Assembly: GCA_049967655.1 (NCBI GenBank) | Contig: JBMFSH010000013.1 | Coordinates: forward strand, 1-64,000 | DNA length: 64,000 bases | Direction of reading: 5' to 3' | Source: Acidobacteriota bacterium | GTDB lineage: Bacteria; Acidobacteriota; UBA4820; DSQY01 | Shown here: positions 50,309 through 60,292 of the stretch, in pieces | Numbering within the stretch: the first letter of the stretch is position 1 | How the letters are laid out: every line of letters begins with the position of its first letter | Translations under genes and position numbers: made by a program | Notes under the pieces: generated by a model | What the model was told of the DNA's origin: nothing | Seen by the model: the letters and a program-made list of their open reading frames with translations, nothing else | Databases searched by the model: none

Positions 50309-51298
50309 TCACGACGAGCGCCCCACCTCGATCTCCCCATCCGCCGGCATGCCGGGCTTGAGTTCCTGGTTGGGATTGGCGATGTCGATCTTGATTCGGT
50401 AGACGAGCTTGACGCGCTCCCGCTGGGTCTGGACCATCTTCGGCGTGAATTCGGCCTCCGGCGAGATGAAGACGATGCGCCCCTCGTAGACTTTGCCCGG
50501 GTAGCCGTCGGTGGTGACCTTCACCTCCTGCCCGAGCTTGACGCGCCCCAGGTCGGCCTCGTCGACGTAGGCCCGGAGGTAGACCTTCCGGATGTCGCCC
50601 ACCGTCACCACGGGGGCTCCCGCGGCGAGGACCTCGCCGGGCTCGGCGTTTTTGGAGAGGACCACACCCGTGAGCGGAGAGACGGCCGTCGCGTAGCCGA
50701 GCTGGGTCTTCGCCAGATCGAGGGCCTGGTTCGCGGCGTCGAGTTTGGCCCGGGCCTGGTCGATCTGCTCCCGCCGGTAGCCGCTCTTCATGAGAGCGTA
50801 CTGTTCGGCCGCGGCGCGCCGCTGCGCCTGGGCGGACAGAAGGGCGGCGTGGGAAGCGTCGTACTCGCGCGCCGAGATGACCTCCCGCTTGAAGAGGTCC
50901 CGCTGGCGGAGGTCGTCGGCTTTGAGCCGGTTCTCCTCGGCCTCGGCGGCGTCGAGGCGCGCCTTGGCCTGAGCCACGTCCTCCTTGCGGTAGCCGTCCT
51001 GCAGCTCCTTGAGGGCCGCCGCCGCGGCATCCGCGTCGGCCTGCCTCAGGGCCACCTGCTGGTTGAGGTCGGTGGAATCGAGCCGCGCTACCACCTGGCC
51101 CGCCTTCACCGCGTCGCCCTCGTCCACGAGGCGAACGGCCATGCGGCCGGGGATCCGGAAGGAGATCTGCGTCTCGTCGGTTTCGATGTTGCCGGAGACC
51201 CTGATGGCTCCTCCCGCGTCGCCTCGCCCGCAGGAGATCAGTGCCATCAACGCCGCAAGAACGGCTCCGGTGGCCGTGAGAGTGGTTCGTCGGTTCAT
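50309..51298 (-). CDS. HlyD-family membrane fusion protein (YbhG-like), probable lipoprotein
   Basis: LISC lipobox-like motif, SGNIE, VDEGD.VKAGQ, AEFTPK.VQT, LKPGMPA. Confidence 0.9.
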   Translation of the reverse strand: MNRRTTLTATGAVLAALMALISCGRGDAGGAIRVSGNIETDETQISFRIPGRMAVRLVDEGDAVKAGQVVARLDSTDLNQQVALRQADADAAAAALKELQDGYRKEDVAQAKARLDAAEAEENRLKADDLRQRDLFKREVISAREYDASHAALLSAQAQRRAAAEQYALMKSGYRREQIDQARAKLDAANQALDLAKTQLGYATAVSPLTGVVLSKNAEPGEVLAAGAPVVTVGDIRKVYLRAYVDEADLGRVKLGQEVKVTTDGYPGKVYEGRIVFISPEAEFTPKMVQTQRERVKLVYRIKIDIANPNQELKPGMPADGEIEVGRSS

Positions 51299-52020
51299 CG
51301 CGAATTCTCCTTGTGCCGGCGGGGATGGGCCGCGGGACGGACAGGATGCTCCTTCGATGGGGGCGCGCCTGGGCGCGCCGCACCTTTCTCGCAAGGCGGC
51401 TGAACCTTGAGGCCGTTGAGCACCAGGTCCACGACGATCCCGGCGGGCGAGGCCGGTAGAGCGGGAACCCCCTTGACGCCCGCCTTCGCCGCCCTCTCCC
51501 GAAGCCGGCCGGCCATGTGGTGCATCACGGTGCCCACCACGAGCAGGATGTGGAGCGTGACGGGACTGACCTCCCTGAGTCGGCCCTCCCGGACACCCTC
51601 GGAGAGGATCTCCCCCTCCATCTTGAACAGCGCAGCCAGCCTTTCGAAGACCCGCCTGGAGAGATTTCCGCCGCCGGCCGTCAACTCGCGGGCCAGGATC
51701 TGGGGATAGTGGGGATTCTCGCGGACGAGCGCATCGAAGGCCCCTGCCAGGGCGGTGAGCTTCTCCTCCGCGCCGCCGCTCTCGGGCACGCGGCGCCCCA
51801 GCTCGGCGAGGAGCAGGTCCATCCAGCCGAGAAGCACGGCCTCGTAGAGCGCCGACTTGTTACCCGCGTGGTAGTAGAGCATGGCCTTGTTGACGCCGGC
51901 GCGCCGGGCGATTTCGTCTACCCGGGCGCCGGCGAAGCCCGACTCGGCGAATTCCCGGGCGGCGGCTTTAAGGATGCTCGTCCTGGCGTCTTTCTTGGGG
52001 AAGTGTTCGGCACCAGCCAT
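51295..52020 (-). CDS. TetR/AcrR family transcriptional regulator
   Basis: ILKAAAREFAESGFAGARVDEIARRAGVNKAMLYYH HTH; first gene of the efflux operon. Confidence 0.92.
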   Translation of the reverse strand: MAGAEHFPKKDARTSILKAAAREFAESGFAGARVDEIARRAGVNKAMLYYHAGNKSALYEAVLLGWMDLLLAELGRRVPESGGAEEKLTALAGAFDALVRENPHYPQILARELTAGGGNLSRRVFERLAALFKMEGEILSEGVREGRLREVSPVTLHILLVVGTVMHHMAGRLRERAAKAGVKGVPALPASPAGIVVDLVLNGLKVQPPCEKGAARPGAPPSKEHPVRPAAHPRRHKENSR

Positions 52021-52044
52021 GATCGCCGCTCCAGAAGGGCACGC

Positions 52045-52108
52045 TAGTTCAACTGACCAGTTGAACTAACTGTTTGGTTAATATAGTCCACCCGAACGTA
52101 GGTGTCAA
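52045..52108 (-). promoter_or_regulatory. Efflux operon promoter and probable TetR operator
   Basis: TTGACA, 17 bp, TATATT on the minus strand; perfect palindrome TAGTTCAACT-GACC-AGTTGAACTA at 52045-52068. Confidence 0.8.
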
Positions 52109-52375
52109 GCGGGGAACGAACCCCCATTCGGCTGCGGGGGCTCAACCCGCTTGCGGGACGCGCATCGCCGCGACGGGCGTGCCCCCGGAGCCACGGCCGG
52201 CGTCCCGAAGGCGCCCCCGTCGTGTTTGGCGGCGCGGGCTGGGCGGGCTCCTGCCGGCCGCGCCGCGAGGAGGTTACCGCGCTCACCGGAGGGGGAGCCC
52301 GACCTCTCCCCGCCGCCGTGCCGCTCGCGCTATACTGCCGTCCCCCGCTCAGGAGGAGCGCACCGGGAGGCGACT

Positions 52376-53455
52376 GTGGGCCGAAGGGCATATCTGATGG
52401 GGCAAAAGGCCGCCGGACGAAGGCTGGCCGCGGTGTGGCCGGCGCGCTATCCGGTGGAGCTGCTCTGGGCCCACGGGATCTGCGCCGGCGAGGTGTGGGA
52501 TCCGCCGGGCGAAGTGGGGCTGACCTCCGCCCACCTCCAGAGTTTCGTCTGCCCCGTGGTCAAAAGGGGGCTGGGTTTCCATCTCTCCGGGGCTCTCGTC
52601 CCCGTGGACCTCTTCCTATTCCCCCACACCTGCGACAGTCTCCAGAACCTCTCATCGCTGGTGAAGGATCTGCTCCGCGAAGAAAAGCCGTGCCTTGCGT
52701 GGTATCCGCCGCGAGACTCGGGCCCGCAGGCGCTGGCCTACGCCGAAAGCCAGCTGGAAAGCCTTTCCCGGGCGCTCGACCGGGCGACGGGGCCCATGCG
52801 GGATGGGGCGCTGGAGGAGGCCGTGGCGTGGGGAATGCGACGAGATGGCCTCTTGCGGGACCTTTACCGCTTGCGGGCGGAAGGCAGGCTGCGCGCCACC
52901 GCCGCCGAGTTCTACGAGGCCGTCCGCTCCTGCGAGTATCTCTGGCCGGAGGAGGCGCTGGCCCGACTGGAGGACTTCCTGGGTGAGCGCCGCGCCGAGC
53001 AGCCCCTGAAGGAGGGGGTGCCCATCCTCCTCTCCGGCGTGCTGCCCGCCCCGGCTTCGCTCCTGCGGTGGCTGGACGGGCAAGGAATACGGATCGCCGA
53101 GGACGACCTGATCGCGTGCGGCCGCAGGGTCCTTCGAGAGCCCCTGGAATCGCCGACCGATCCGTGGGCGGCCCTGGCCCGGCGCCAGCTCGCCTGGCCC
53201 CCCTGCTCCACCGCCGGCTCGCCCCTTCCGGAGCGCATCGCCTTCCTGCGCCGCCTGGTGGAGCGCTCGGGCGCCCGAGGCGTGGTCTTTCTGACCATGA
53301 AGTTCTGCGAGCCCGAGGGCTTCGAGCGGCCAGCCCTCGTCGAAGCCTTGCGCGCGGAGGGGGTGCCCCTCCTCCAGGTGGAGAGCGAGCTGGAGCCCGA
53401 ACCGCCCGCCTCGCTCGTGACGAGGATCCAAGCCTTCCTGGAGTCGATTCCATGA
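52376..53455 (+). CDS. 2-hydroxyacyl-CoA dehydratase subunit (HgdB/FldC-like)
   Basis: PVELLWAHG, HLQSFVC, HTCDS, DDL..CGR, KFCEP; GTG start with GGGAGG (alternative ATG at 52397). Confidence 0.8.
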   Translation: MGRRAYLMGQKAAGRRLAAVWPARYPVELLWAHGICAGEVWDPPGEVGLTSAHLQSFVCPVVKRGLGFHLSGALVPVDLFLFPHTCDSLQNLSSLVKDLLREEKPCLAWYPPRDSGPQALAYAESQLESLSRALDRATGPMRDGALEEAVAWGMRRDGLLRDLYRLRAEGRLRATAAEFYEAVRSCEYLWPEEALARLEDFLGERRAEQPLKEGVPILLSGVLPAPASLLRWLDGQGIRIAEDDLIACGRRVLREPLESPTDPWAALARRQLAWPPCSTAGSPLPERIAFLRRLVERSGARGVVFLTMKFCEPEGFERPALVEALRAEGVPLLQVESELEPEPPASLVTRIQAFLESIP

Positions 53456-54765
53456 AACCCTGGTCGGATCTGCGCTTCGCCTTCATGAAAGGGGCGGGGC
53501 TGGACTGGATGACGCGCCTCTCGTCGGGACCCCGGCGTCCGCCGGTGCCCCGGGAGCCCTTCTTCGGGCCTCCGCTTGAGAGCCGGCACGAGCTGCGCCG
53601 CATCATGACCCGGCACTACGGGCTGGCCCGGTACGTCAAGGGGGTGCGGCCCGTGGCGTGGGTCACGAGCGGGGCGCCCGTGGAGCTGCTCAGGGCCTTC
53701 GGCTGCTACACCCTGTATCCGGAGAACCACTCGGCGGTCTGCGGCGCCCGCCGGATGGGCCCCGAGCTCTGCGAGGTGGCCGAGGATGCCGGATACTCCC
53801 TGGACCTCTGCTCCTACGCCAAGGTCGACCTCGGCCACGCCCTCTCGGGCAGAACCCCGGTGGGGAAGCTGCCGGCGCCCGACCTGCTCTTCTGCACCAA
53901 CAACATCTGCCAGACCGTCCTCTACTGGTTCAAGGCCCTGGCTCACCACTACCGCATCCCGCTCCTCCTCGTGGACACGCCCTACGTCCACGGCGAGCCG
54001 GACGAGGCTGCCCTGCGGTACGTGGCTGATCAGCTCAAGGCCATCGTGCCCGAGCTGGAGCGCATCACCCGTACCGATTTCAGGGAGGAGCGCTTCCGGG
54101 AGGTTCTCCTCTCCTCCCGCAGAAGCGCCGCGCTGTGGGGCGAGGTGCTCTCCACGCTCCAGGCGAGGCCAACCCCCATGACCCTCTTCGACGCCTTCGT
54201 CCACCTCGCCCCGGTGGTGGCCCTTCGCGGCCTCCCCGTCTGCGAGCGCTACTACGAGGGGCTCCTCGGGGAGCTGAAGGAGCGGGTGGAGAGGGGCGTG
54301 GCGGCGGTGCCGGGAGAGCGCCACCGGCTCCTGTGGGACAACATCGCCGTGTGGTTTGCCCTCAATCCTCTCTCCCGGCTCTTCGCCGAGAACGGCTGCG
54401 CCCTGGTGGCGGGCACCTACACGCACGCCTGGGCCGAGCCCGCTGTGCGCATCGACGAGAAGGATCCATGGGGTTCGCTTGCCCGCGCCTACGGCCTCAT
54501 CTTTCTCAACCGGGATCTCGAGAACAGGCTGAATCTGATGGAGCAGATCGCAAGGGATTTCTCCGTGGACGGGCTCGTGCTCCACTCCGCCCGTTCCTGC
54601 AAACCTTACTCCCTCGGGCAATACGGCATTCAGCGCGCCCTGGAGGAGCGGCTGGGCGTGCGGAGCGTGGTGCTGGAGGCGGACATGACGGACTTCAGGA
54701 GCTGGGCCGAGGCGGCGGCGCGCACCCGGCTGATGGCCTTCATCGAATCCCTGGAGGCGGCGTGA
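53452..54765 (+). CDS. 2-hydroxyacyl-CoA dehydratase subunit (HgdA/FldB-like)
   Basis: YPENH, GYSLDLCSYAK, NNICQTV..W, RLLWDNI, RSCKPYSLGQ, EADMTD. Confidence 0.85.
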   Translation: MKPWSDLRFAFMKGAGLDWMTRLSSGPRRPPVPREPFFGPPLESRHELRRIMTRHYGLARYVKGVRPVAWVTSGAPVELLRAFGCYTLYPENHSAVCGARRMGPELCEVAEDAGYSLDLCSYAKVDLGHALSGRTPVGKLPAPDLLFCTNNICQTVLYWFKALAHHYRIPLLLVDTPYVHGEPDEAALRYVADQLKAIVPELERITRTDFREERFREVLLSSRRSAALWGEVLSTLQARPTPMTLFDAFVHLAPVVALRGLPVCERYYEGLLGELKERVERGVAAVPGERHRLLWDNIAVWFALNPLSRLFAENGCALVAGTYTHAWAEPAVRIDEKDPWGSLARAYGLIFLNRDLENRLNLMEQIARDFSVDGLVLHSARSCKPYSLGQYGIQRALEERLGVRSVVLEADMTDFRSWAEAAARTRLMAFIESLEAA

Positions 54766-55559
54766 TGGCCTCCCTCTACGGCGGTCTGGACGTGGGCTCC
54801 ATGACGGCCAAGGCGGTGGTCCTGGACGCTGAGGGGCGGCTGCTGGGCTGGGGGATGGCCGAGACCACGCCCCAGCTCGCCGCCTGCGGGCGGGAGGCGC
54901 TCGATGGGGCCCTCTCCGCGGCGGGGGCGAGGAACGAAGATCTGGCGTTCGTGGTGGGCACCGGCTACGGGCGCGAGGCCCTCCCCTTCGTCCAGAAGCG
55001 GGTGACGGAGATTACCTGCCACGCCCGGGGGGCCTGCGCCCTCTTTCCGGGTGCCGCCCTGGTGGTGGACGTGGGGGGGCAGGACAGCAAGGCGATCCGG
55101 CTGGACGCCTCGGGCCGGGTGCTCGCCTTCGCCATGAACGACAAGTGCGCCGCGGGCACGGGCCGGTTCCTCAACGCCATGGCCGCGACGCTCCGCACGG
55201 GCATCGAGGGGCTCGGCCCCGCGGGGAGCAACAGCACGCGCGAGCTGGCCATGTCCTCCACCTGCACGGTCTTCGCCGAGAGCGAGGTCATCTCGCTCAT
55301 CGCCCGTGGCGAGGCGGTGCCCGACATCGCCCACGCGGTCCACCGCGCCATGGCCAAGCGGCTCGCCGGGCTGGTCCGCCAGGCGGGCGTGGGGGAGCCG
55401 GCCGTCTTCACGGGAGGGGGGGCGCTCAACGTGGATCTGGTCCGGTGCCTGGAGGAGTTCCTCGGCGTCTCCTTCCGGATCCCCGATCGCCCCCAGCTCA
55501 CCGGCGCTCTGGGGGCGGCCCACCTGGCCAGGGAGGCGACGCCGCTCCGCCCTCTCTGA
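54765..55559 (+). CDS. ATP-dependent dehydratase activator (HgdC/BadF-G/BcrA-D family)
   Basis: GLDVGSMTAK, TGYGR, TEITCH, DVGGQDSK, MNDKCAAGTGRF, CTVFAESEVI. Confidence 0.92.
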   Translation: MASLYGGLDVGSMTAKAVVLDAEGRLLGWGMAETTPQLAACGREALDGALSAAGARNEDLAFVVGTGYGREALPFVQKRVTEITCHARGACALFPGAALVVDVGGQDSKAIRLDASGRVLAFAMNDKCAAGTGRFLNAMAATLRTGIEGLGPAGSNSTRELAMSSTCTVFAESEVISLIARGEAVPDIAHAVHRAMAKRLAGLVRQAGVGEPAVFTGGGALNVDLVRCLEEFLGVSFRIPDRPQLTGALGAAHLAREATPLRPL

Positions 55560-55684
55560 AACCCTTGCCCGTGCGGCGGGCGTATACTCACGAGTGGCCG
55601 ACGTGCACCCGGTGGGCCTGGGTGCGTGCCGGCCTGGGGCTCGGAATGCGGGAACACAGGCAGACTGTGAAAGGGAGGTAGCGC

Positions 55685-57595
55685 ATGAAGTGCACCGTAA
55701 CGTCTCTGATGGCCGCGGCCGTGGCGTCCCTCTTCTTGGCGGGGGCGACCGTCCAAGCTATGGACCGATCCAAGATACCCGACCAGGACAAATGGGACCT
55801 TTCGGACCTCTATCCGACGGACGACGCCTGGGAGTCGGCCAAGAAGGACCTCGAAAAGCGGCTCCCCGAGGTGGCCCGGTACAAGGGCAAGCTGGGCAGC
55901 TCCCCGAAGGAGCTGCTGGGCTGCATGAGCCTCCTCTTCGACCTGAAGAAGGAGTTCACTCGCCTGGCCACCTACGCCTCTCAGAAATCGGATCTCGACG
56001 TCCGGGACGCCCACGCCATGGAGATGAGACAGTCCCTGGACCCCCTCGGCGCGGAGTTCGGCGCCAAGACGGCCTGGGTGGATCCGGAGATCCTGGAGAT
56101 CCCCAGCGCCAAGATCGAGGCCTTTTTGAAGGAGGAGCCCGGTCTTGCGATCTACAAGCCGGTCATCGTGGAGATCGTCCGCCTCAAGCCGCACACGCTC
56201 TCGCCGGCCGAGGAGAAGATCATGGCCGATGCCTCGCTGGTGTCGGGAACGCCGGATTCCATCTACAGCGTCTTTTCGGATGCCGACAACCCGAGGGCCA
56301 CGGTCACCCTCAGCGACGGCGCGACGGTCAAGCTGGACGCTTCGGCCTACACCAAATACCGGGCCGTGGCCAACCGCTGGGACCGCGAGGCCGTCTTCCA
56401 GGCCTTCTTCGGCAACCTGGACCAGTTCAAGGGCACCTACGGCGCCCTGCTCAACGGCGAGGTGGACAAGGACCTCTTCTTCGCCAAGGCCCGCAACTAC
56501 AAAGACTGCCTCAGCTCGGCCCTGGACGGGCCCAACATCCCCACGGTGGTCTACACCAACCTCCTCAAGAACGTCCACAAGAATCTGCCCACCCTCTGGC
56601 GCTACCTCAAGCTGCGCCAGCGGATCATGGGGCTGGACCAGCTCCGCTACTCGGACCTCTACGCGCCCATCGTCAAAGAGGTGGACGAGAAGTACACGGC
56701 GGACCAGGCCAAGGACCTCGTCCTGAAGGCTGTGGCGCCTTTAGGCCAGGACTACGTGGAGGTTCTGAAGAACGGGTACGCGCATCGCTGGGTTGACTTC
56801 TATCCCTCGCCGGGCAAGCACAGCGGCGCCTACAGCAACGGCGCGGCCTACGAGGTCCACCCCTTCATGCTTCTCAATTTCAACGGCAGCTACGAGGACG
56901 TCTCGACCCTGGCCCACGAGTCGGGCCACACCATGCACAGCTACTACTCCAACAAGACCCAGCCCTTCCCCACGAGCGACTACACCATCTTCGTGGCCGA
57001 GGTGGCGAGCACCTGCAACGAGAACCTTCTCATGGACTACATGCTCAAGCACACCGACAGCGACGCCATGAAGCTCTTCCTCCTGGGAAGCTACGTGGAC
57101 AACATCCGCCAGACGCTCTTCCGGCAGGCGCAGTTCGCCGAGTTCGAGCTGAAGATCCACCAGATGGTGGAGAGCGGCCAGCCGCTCACGGGCGAGAACC
57201 TCAACAAAACCTACGCCGGCATCATCGACGAGTACTACGGCGTGCCGCAGGGGATCACCCACATCAACCCGGTCTGCTACTCCGAGTGGGCCTTCATCCC
57301 GCACTTCTACTACAACTTCTACGTCTACAGCTACGCCACCTCCATCACCGCCTCCACGGCCATCTCGCAGATGATCATAGAGGGCAAGCCGGACGCCGTG
57401 AAGGACTACCGGAGGTTCCTGACCCTCGGCAACTCGCTGCCGCCGGTGGAGGAGCTCAAGGTGGCCGGCGTCGACATGACCACCGATGCCCCCTTCGACA
57501 TCACCATGAAGGCCATGAACAGGGCGATGGACCAGATGGAAGCCATTCTCAACAAGATGGACGCCCAGAAGAAGGCCGCACCGGCCGGCAAATAG
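55685..57595 (+). CDS. pepF: Oligoendopeptidase F (M3B) with signal peptide
   Basis: KWDLSDLY, GKHSGAYS, LAHESGH (HExxH), FVAEVAS..NE, IPHFY.NFYVY.YA. Confidence 0.93.
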   Translation: MKCTVTSLMAAAVASLFLAGATVQAMDRSKIPDQDKWDLSDLYPTDDAWESAKKDLEKRLPEVARYKGKLGSSPKELLGCMSLLFDLKKEFTRLATYASQKSDLDVRDAHAMEMRQSLDPLGAEFGAKTAWVDPEILEIPSAKIEAFLKEEPGLAIYKPVIVEIVRLKPHTLSPAEEKIMADASLVSGTPDSIYSVFSDADNPRATVTLSDGATVKLDASAYTKYRAVANRWDREAVFQAFFGNLDQFKGTYGALLNGEVDKDLFFAKARNYKDCLSSALDGPNIPTVVYTNLLKNVHKNLPTLWRYLKLRQRIMGLDQLRYSDLYAPIVKEVDEKYTADQAKDLVLKAVAPLGQDYVEVLKNGYAHRWVDFYPSPGKHSGAYSNGAAYEVHPFMLLNFNGSYEDVSTLAHESGHTMHSYYSNKTQPFPTSDYTIFVAEVASTCNENLLMDYMLKHTDSDAMKLFLLGSYVDNIRQTLFRQAQFAEFELKIHQMVESGQPLTGENLNKTYAGIIDEYYGVPQGITHINPVCYSEWAFIPHFYYNFYVYSYATSITASTAISQMIIEGKPDAVKDYRRFLTLGNSLPPVEELKVAGVDMTTDAPFDITMKAMNRAMDQMEAILNKMDAQKKAAPAGK

Positions 57596-57616
57596 CGCAA
57601 GCCAACCGGAGACGCG

Positions 57617-57646
57617 ACGGGGGGCCGTGAGGCCCCCCGTTCGTTT
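57617..57646 (+). terminator. Intrinsic terminator after pepF
   Basis: ACGGGGGGCC-GTGA-GGCCCCCCGT followed by TCGTTT. Confidence 0.7.
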
Positions 57647-57680
57647 CCGGGCTTCAGCCGGGCGCGGTTGCGGTCGGTCC

Positions 57681-57782
57681 TCAGGGCAAATCGAAGTAGC
57701 CGGCGAAGGAGAAGCTGTGATAGGTGTCGAGCCAGCCGTGGTCGAAGTGGCCGCGGTCGCTGGCCCTGCGTATCGTCAACAT
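57681..57782 (-). pseudogene. Truncated pirin (YhhW-like) gene, 33-aa remnant
   Basis: Hand translation [33 protein letters not shown], which matches the pirin N-terminal RG..HGWL...HSFSF..Y.D motif; GGGAGG RBS. Confidence 0.8.
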
Positions 57783-57829
57783 GCCGTCCTCCCGGCGGGC
57801 GGTTTGGCGGAGCCCGCCGCTGGAAAGGG

Positions 57830-58270
57830 TCAAAGATCCAGGGGCTCGATGGTGGCCACGGCCGAAGGGTCATTCCGCCACACGGCGGGGTCCGCGTCCA
57901 CGTACAGTTCGACCTCGATGCCGTCGGGGTCGGTCACGTAGAGCGCCTGGCTCACCCGATGGTCGCTCGCGCCCAGGATGGGGACGCCGTGTCTTTCGAG
58001 GTGATCCCGCCAAGCGCGCAGCTCCTCCATGCCGTCGCCCACCTTGAAGGCCACGTGGTAAAGGCCCACGGAGCGGGGGTGGGGCGAAGGCGCCTCCGCC
58101 CCCACCTCCTGCAGGGCCAGGTCATGATGGTTCTCGCCCAGAGAGAAGAAGACCATCCGGCCTCCATAGCGCGCCACCTCCTTGAGGCCGAGTACCTCCC
58201 CGTAGAAGCGGACCGAGCGCTCCAATTCTCGGACCCTCAGGACCACGTGGCCGAGCCGCTTGACGCGCAT
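57830..58270 (-). CDS. VOC/glyoxalase family protein
   Basis: [43 protein letters not shown]. Confidence 0.9.
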   Translation of the reverse strand: MRVKRLGHVVLRVRELERSVRFYGEVLGLKEVARYGGRMVFFSLGENHHDLALQEVGAEAPSPHPRSVGLYHVAFKVGDGMEELRAWRDHLERHGVPILGASDHRVSQALYVTDPDGIEVELYVDADPAVWRNDPSAVATIEPLDL

Positions 58271-58299
58271 GCTTCACCTCGCCCCTTTCTCGCTCCCCG

Positions 58300-58914
58300 T
58301 CACTTGGCGCACAGCCTGCTGGCGATCTCAGCCACGTGTTTGCCCTGGAATCGGGCGATGGCCAGCTCGTTCTCGCTGGGCTGGCGCTGGCCCTGGCCGC
58401 CCGTGATCGTGGAGGCCCCGTAGGGCGATCCGCCGGTGATCTCGTCGAGGGTCATTTGCCGGGCCTCGGAGTAGGGGACGCCCACCACCATCATGCCGTG
58501 GTGCAGAAGCGTGGTGTGGAAGCTCAGGATCGTGCTCTCCTGGCCGCCGTGCTGGGTGGCCGTGGCCGTGAAGACGCCGCCCACCTTGCCGATGAGGGCG
58601 CCCTTGGCCCAGAGGCCGCCGGTCTGGTCGAGGAAGTTGCGCATCTGGGCGCACATGCTTCCGAAGCGCGTGGGAGCGCCGAAGAGGATGGCGTCGGCCT
58701 CGGCGAGCTGATCAGGGGCGATGACCGGGACGTGGGCGAAGCTCTTGCGGGCCGCCGTCGCGCCGCTCTTCTCCAGGACCTCCGGGGGGACGAGCTCGGG
58801 GACCTGGAAGAGCTTCACTTCGGCTCCGGGAACCTGCCTCGCCCCTTCGGCCACGGCCTCGGCCATCTTGTAGATGTGTCCGTACATGCTGTAGAAAACG
58901 ACGTAAGCTTTCAT
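58300..58914 (-). CDS. wrbA: NAD(P)H:quinone oxidoreductase WrbA
   Basis: [43 protein letters not shown]. Confidence 0.95.
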   Translation of the reverse strand: MKAYVVFYSMYGHIYKMAEAVAEGARQVPGAEVKLFQVPELVPPEVLEKSGATAARKSFAHVPVIAPDQLAEADAILFGAPTRFGSMCAQMRNFLDQTGGLWAKGALIGKVGGVFTATATQHGGQESTILSFHTTLLHHGMMVVGVPYSEARQMTLDEITGGSPYGASTITGGQGQRQPSENELAIARFQGKHVAEIASRLCAK

Positions 58915-58936
58915 GAGACACCTCCTGGTTTTTGGT

Positions 58937-59425
58937 TCACTCCTTTAGGGGCTCGGTGCCGCCCGTGTGCTGCCTCACGCCCAGGCCGAGGGAACGGCAG
59001 AGGGCGCGCAGGTTCTCCTGTTCTCGCGGCGAGAGTACGGCCATCTCGTCCACGATGAGGGCCAGGTGCTCCCTGAAGACGCGCTCGATGAGGCGCCGGC
59101 CCTCGGAGGTGAGGCTCACCGTGACGTAGCGGCGGTCCGATCCGTCCCGGTCGCGGCGGACCAGGCCCTGCCTCTCCAAGTTGTCCACGACGAGGGTGAT
59201 GTTGCCCCCGCTCCTGAGCAGCTTGCTCCCCAGATCGCGCTGGCAGAGCGGGCCCAAATGGAGCAGGGCCTCCAGAGCCCCGAACTGGGTCATGGTCAGA
59301 CCCTTGCCCGCCAGATCGCGGGCCAGACGGGCGGAGAGCGACTCCCCGGCCCGCATGAGCGTGATGAAGGCGTTCAGCGCCCTCTTCTCCTCCTCGGTGC
59401 CTCGGTAGTGCGTCCCCATGACCAC
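58937..59425 (-). CDS. MarR family transcriptional regulator (start may be 59419)
   Basis: [42 protein letters not shown]. Confidence 0.92.
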   Translation of the reverse strand: MVMGTHYRGTEEEKRALNAFITLMRAGESLSARLARDLAGKGLTMTQFGALEALLHLGPLCQRDLGSKLLRSGGNITLVVDNLERQGLVRRDRDGSDRRYVTVSLTSEGRRLIERVFREHLALIVDEMAVLSPREQENLRALCRSLGLGVRQHTGGTEPLKE

Positions 59426-59437
59426 CTCGCCATAAGA

Positions 59438-59460
59438 TCACATCAAACCGTTCGATGTGA
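59438..59460. promoter_or_regulatory. Probable MarR operator
   Basis: TCACATCAAA-CCG-TTCGATGTGA, a 9-of-10 inverted repeat just upstream of marR. Confidence 0.6.
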
Positions 59461-59614
59461 AACTATATTCCCCGCCCGCACGCCACGCCGGTCCAGCCCG
59501 GCGAGCCGCGCGCCGGGGCACCGCACCACGCCGATGAGCCCCCGCCCAGCCGTGATAGAATCAGCCCGCAATCGCGGGAAATGGTCAGCCGATCGGCTGT
59601 ATGGTGGGTCTGGC

Positions 59615-60292
59615 ATGAGAAGAGATGAGGTTGCCAAGGGGCGGGGACGGGGAAAATCGCTTCCCGCTTTGGCGGCCGGCGCGGCGGTGCTCTGCCTGCT
59701 GCTCGGGGCGGCAGGAGCCCGCGCGCTGAAAGGGTGCCCCACCCACCCCGCCGGCCTGGCCGTGCCGCGAGGAGATCTCCCCGGCCTACCCAACTTCGCC
59801 CGGGTCTCCGACGGGCTCTACCGGGGCGCCCAGCCCACGCGGGAAGGGTTCGAGGGCCTGAAAGCCATGGGGGTCCGAACGGTCATCAACCTTCGGAACC
59901 ACCACAGCGATGCCCCCCTTTTGGCGGACCTGGGCTTTCGGTACGTGGAGATTCCGTGCGACGCTTGGCGCATGGAGGACGCCCCGGTGGTCCTCTTCCT
60001 GAAGCTGGCCACCGACGAGGCCTGCCAGCCGGTCTTTGTGCACTGCCAGCACGGTTCCGACCGCACCGGGATCATGGTTGCGGCCTACCGCGTGGTGGTT
60101 CAGGATTGGGACCCCTCGCTGGCGGAAGCGGAGTTGCCGAACTTCGGCTTTCACCCGGTCTTTCTGAACCTCAGTCGCTACGTCGCGGGCCTGGATGGGG
60201 CCAGTTTGCGCGCACAGGTGCGGGAGATGCCCGATCCGATGATTCCCGCCGGGCCTCGGCTCGCCCAACCGGCCCCCGGAGGCTTACCATGA
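59615..60292 (+). CDS. Cys-based protein-tyrosine/dual-specificity phosphatase with N-terminal signal or anchor
   Basis: NFARV...LYRGAQP, VRTVINLR, VFVHCQHGSDRTG (HCx5R); hydrophobic N-terminus. Confidence 0.88.
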   Translation: MRRDEVAKGRGRGKSLPALAAGAAVLCLLLGAAGARALKGCPTHPAGLAVPRGDLPGLPNFARVSDGLYRGAQPTREGFEGLKAMGVRTVINLRNHHSDAPLLADLGFRYVEIPCDAWRMEDAPVVLFLKLATDEACQPVFVHCQHGSDRTGIMVAAYRVVVQDWDPSLAEAELPNFGFHPVFLNLSRYVAGLDGASLRAQVREMPDPMIPAGPRLAQPAPGGLP

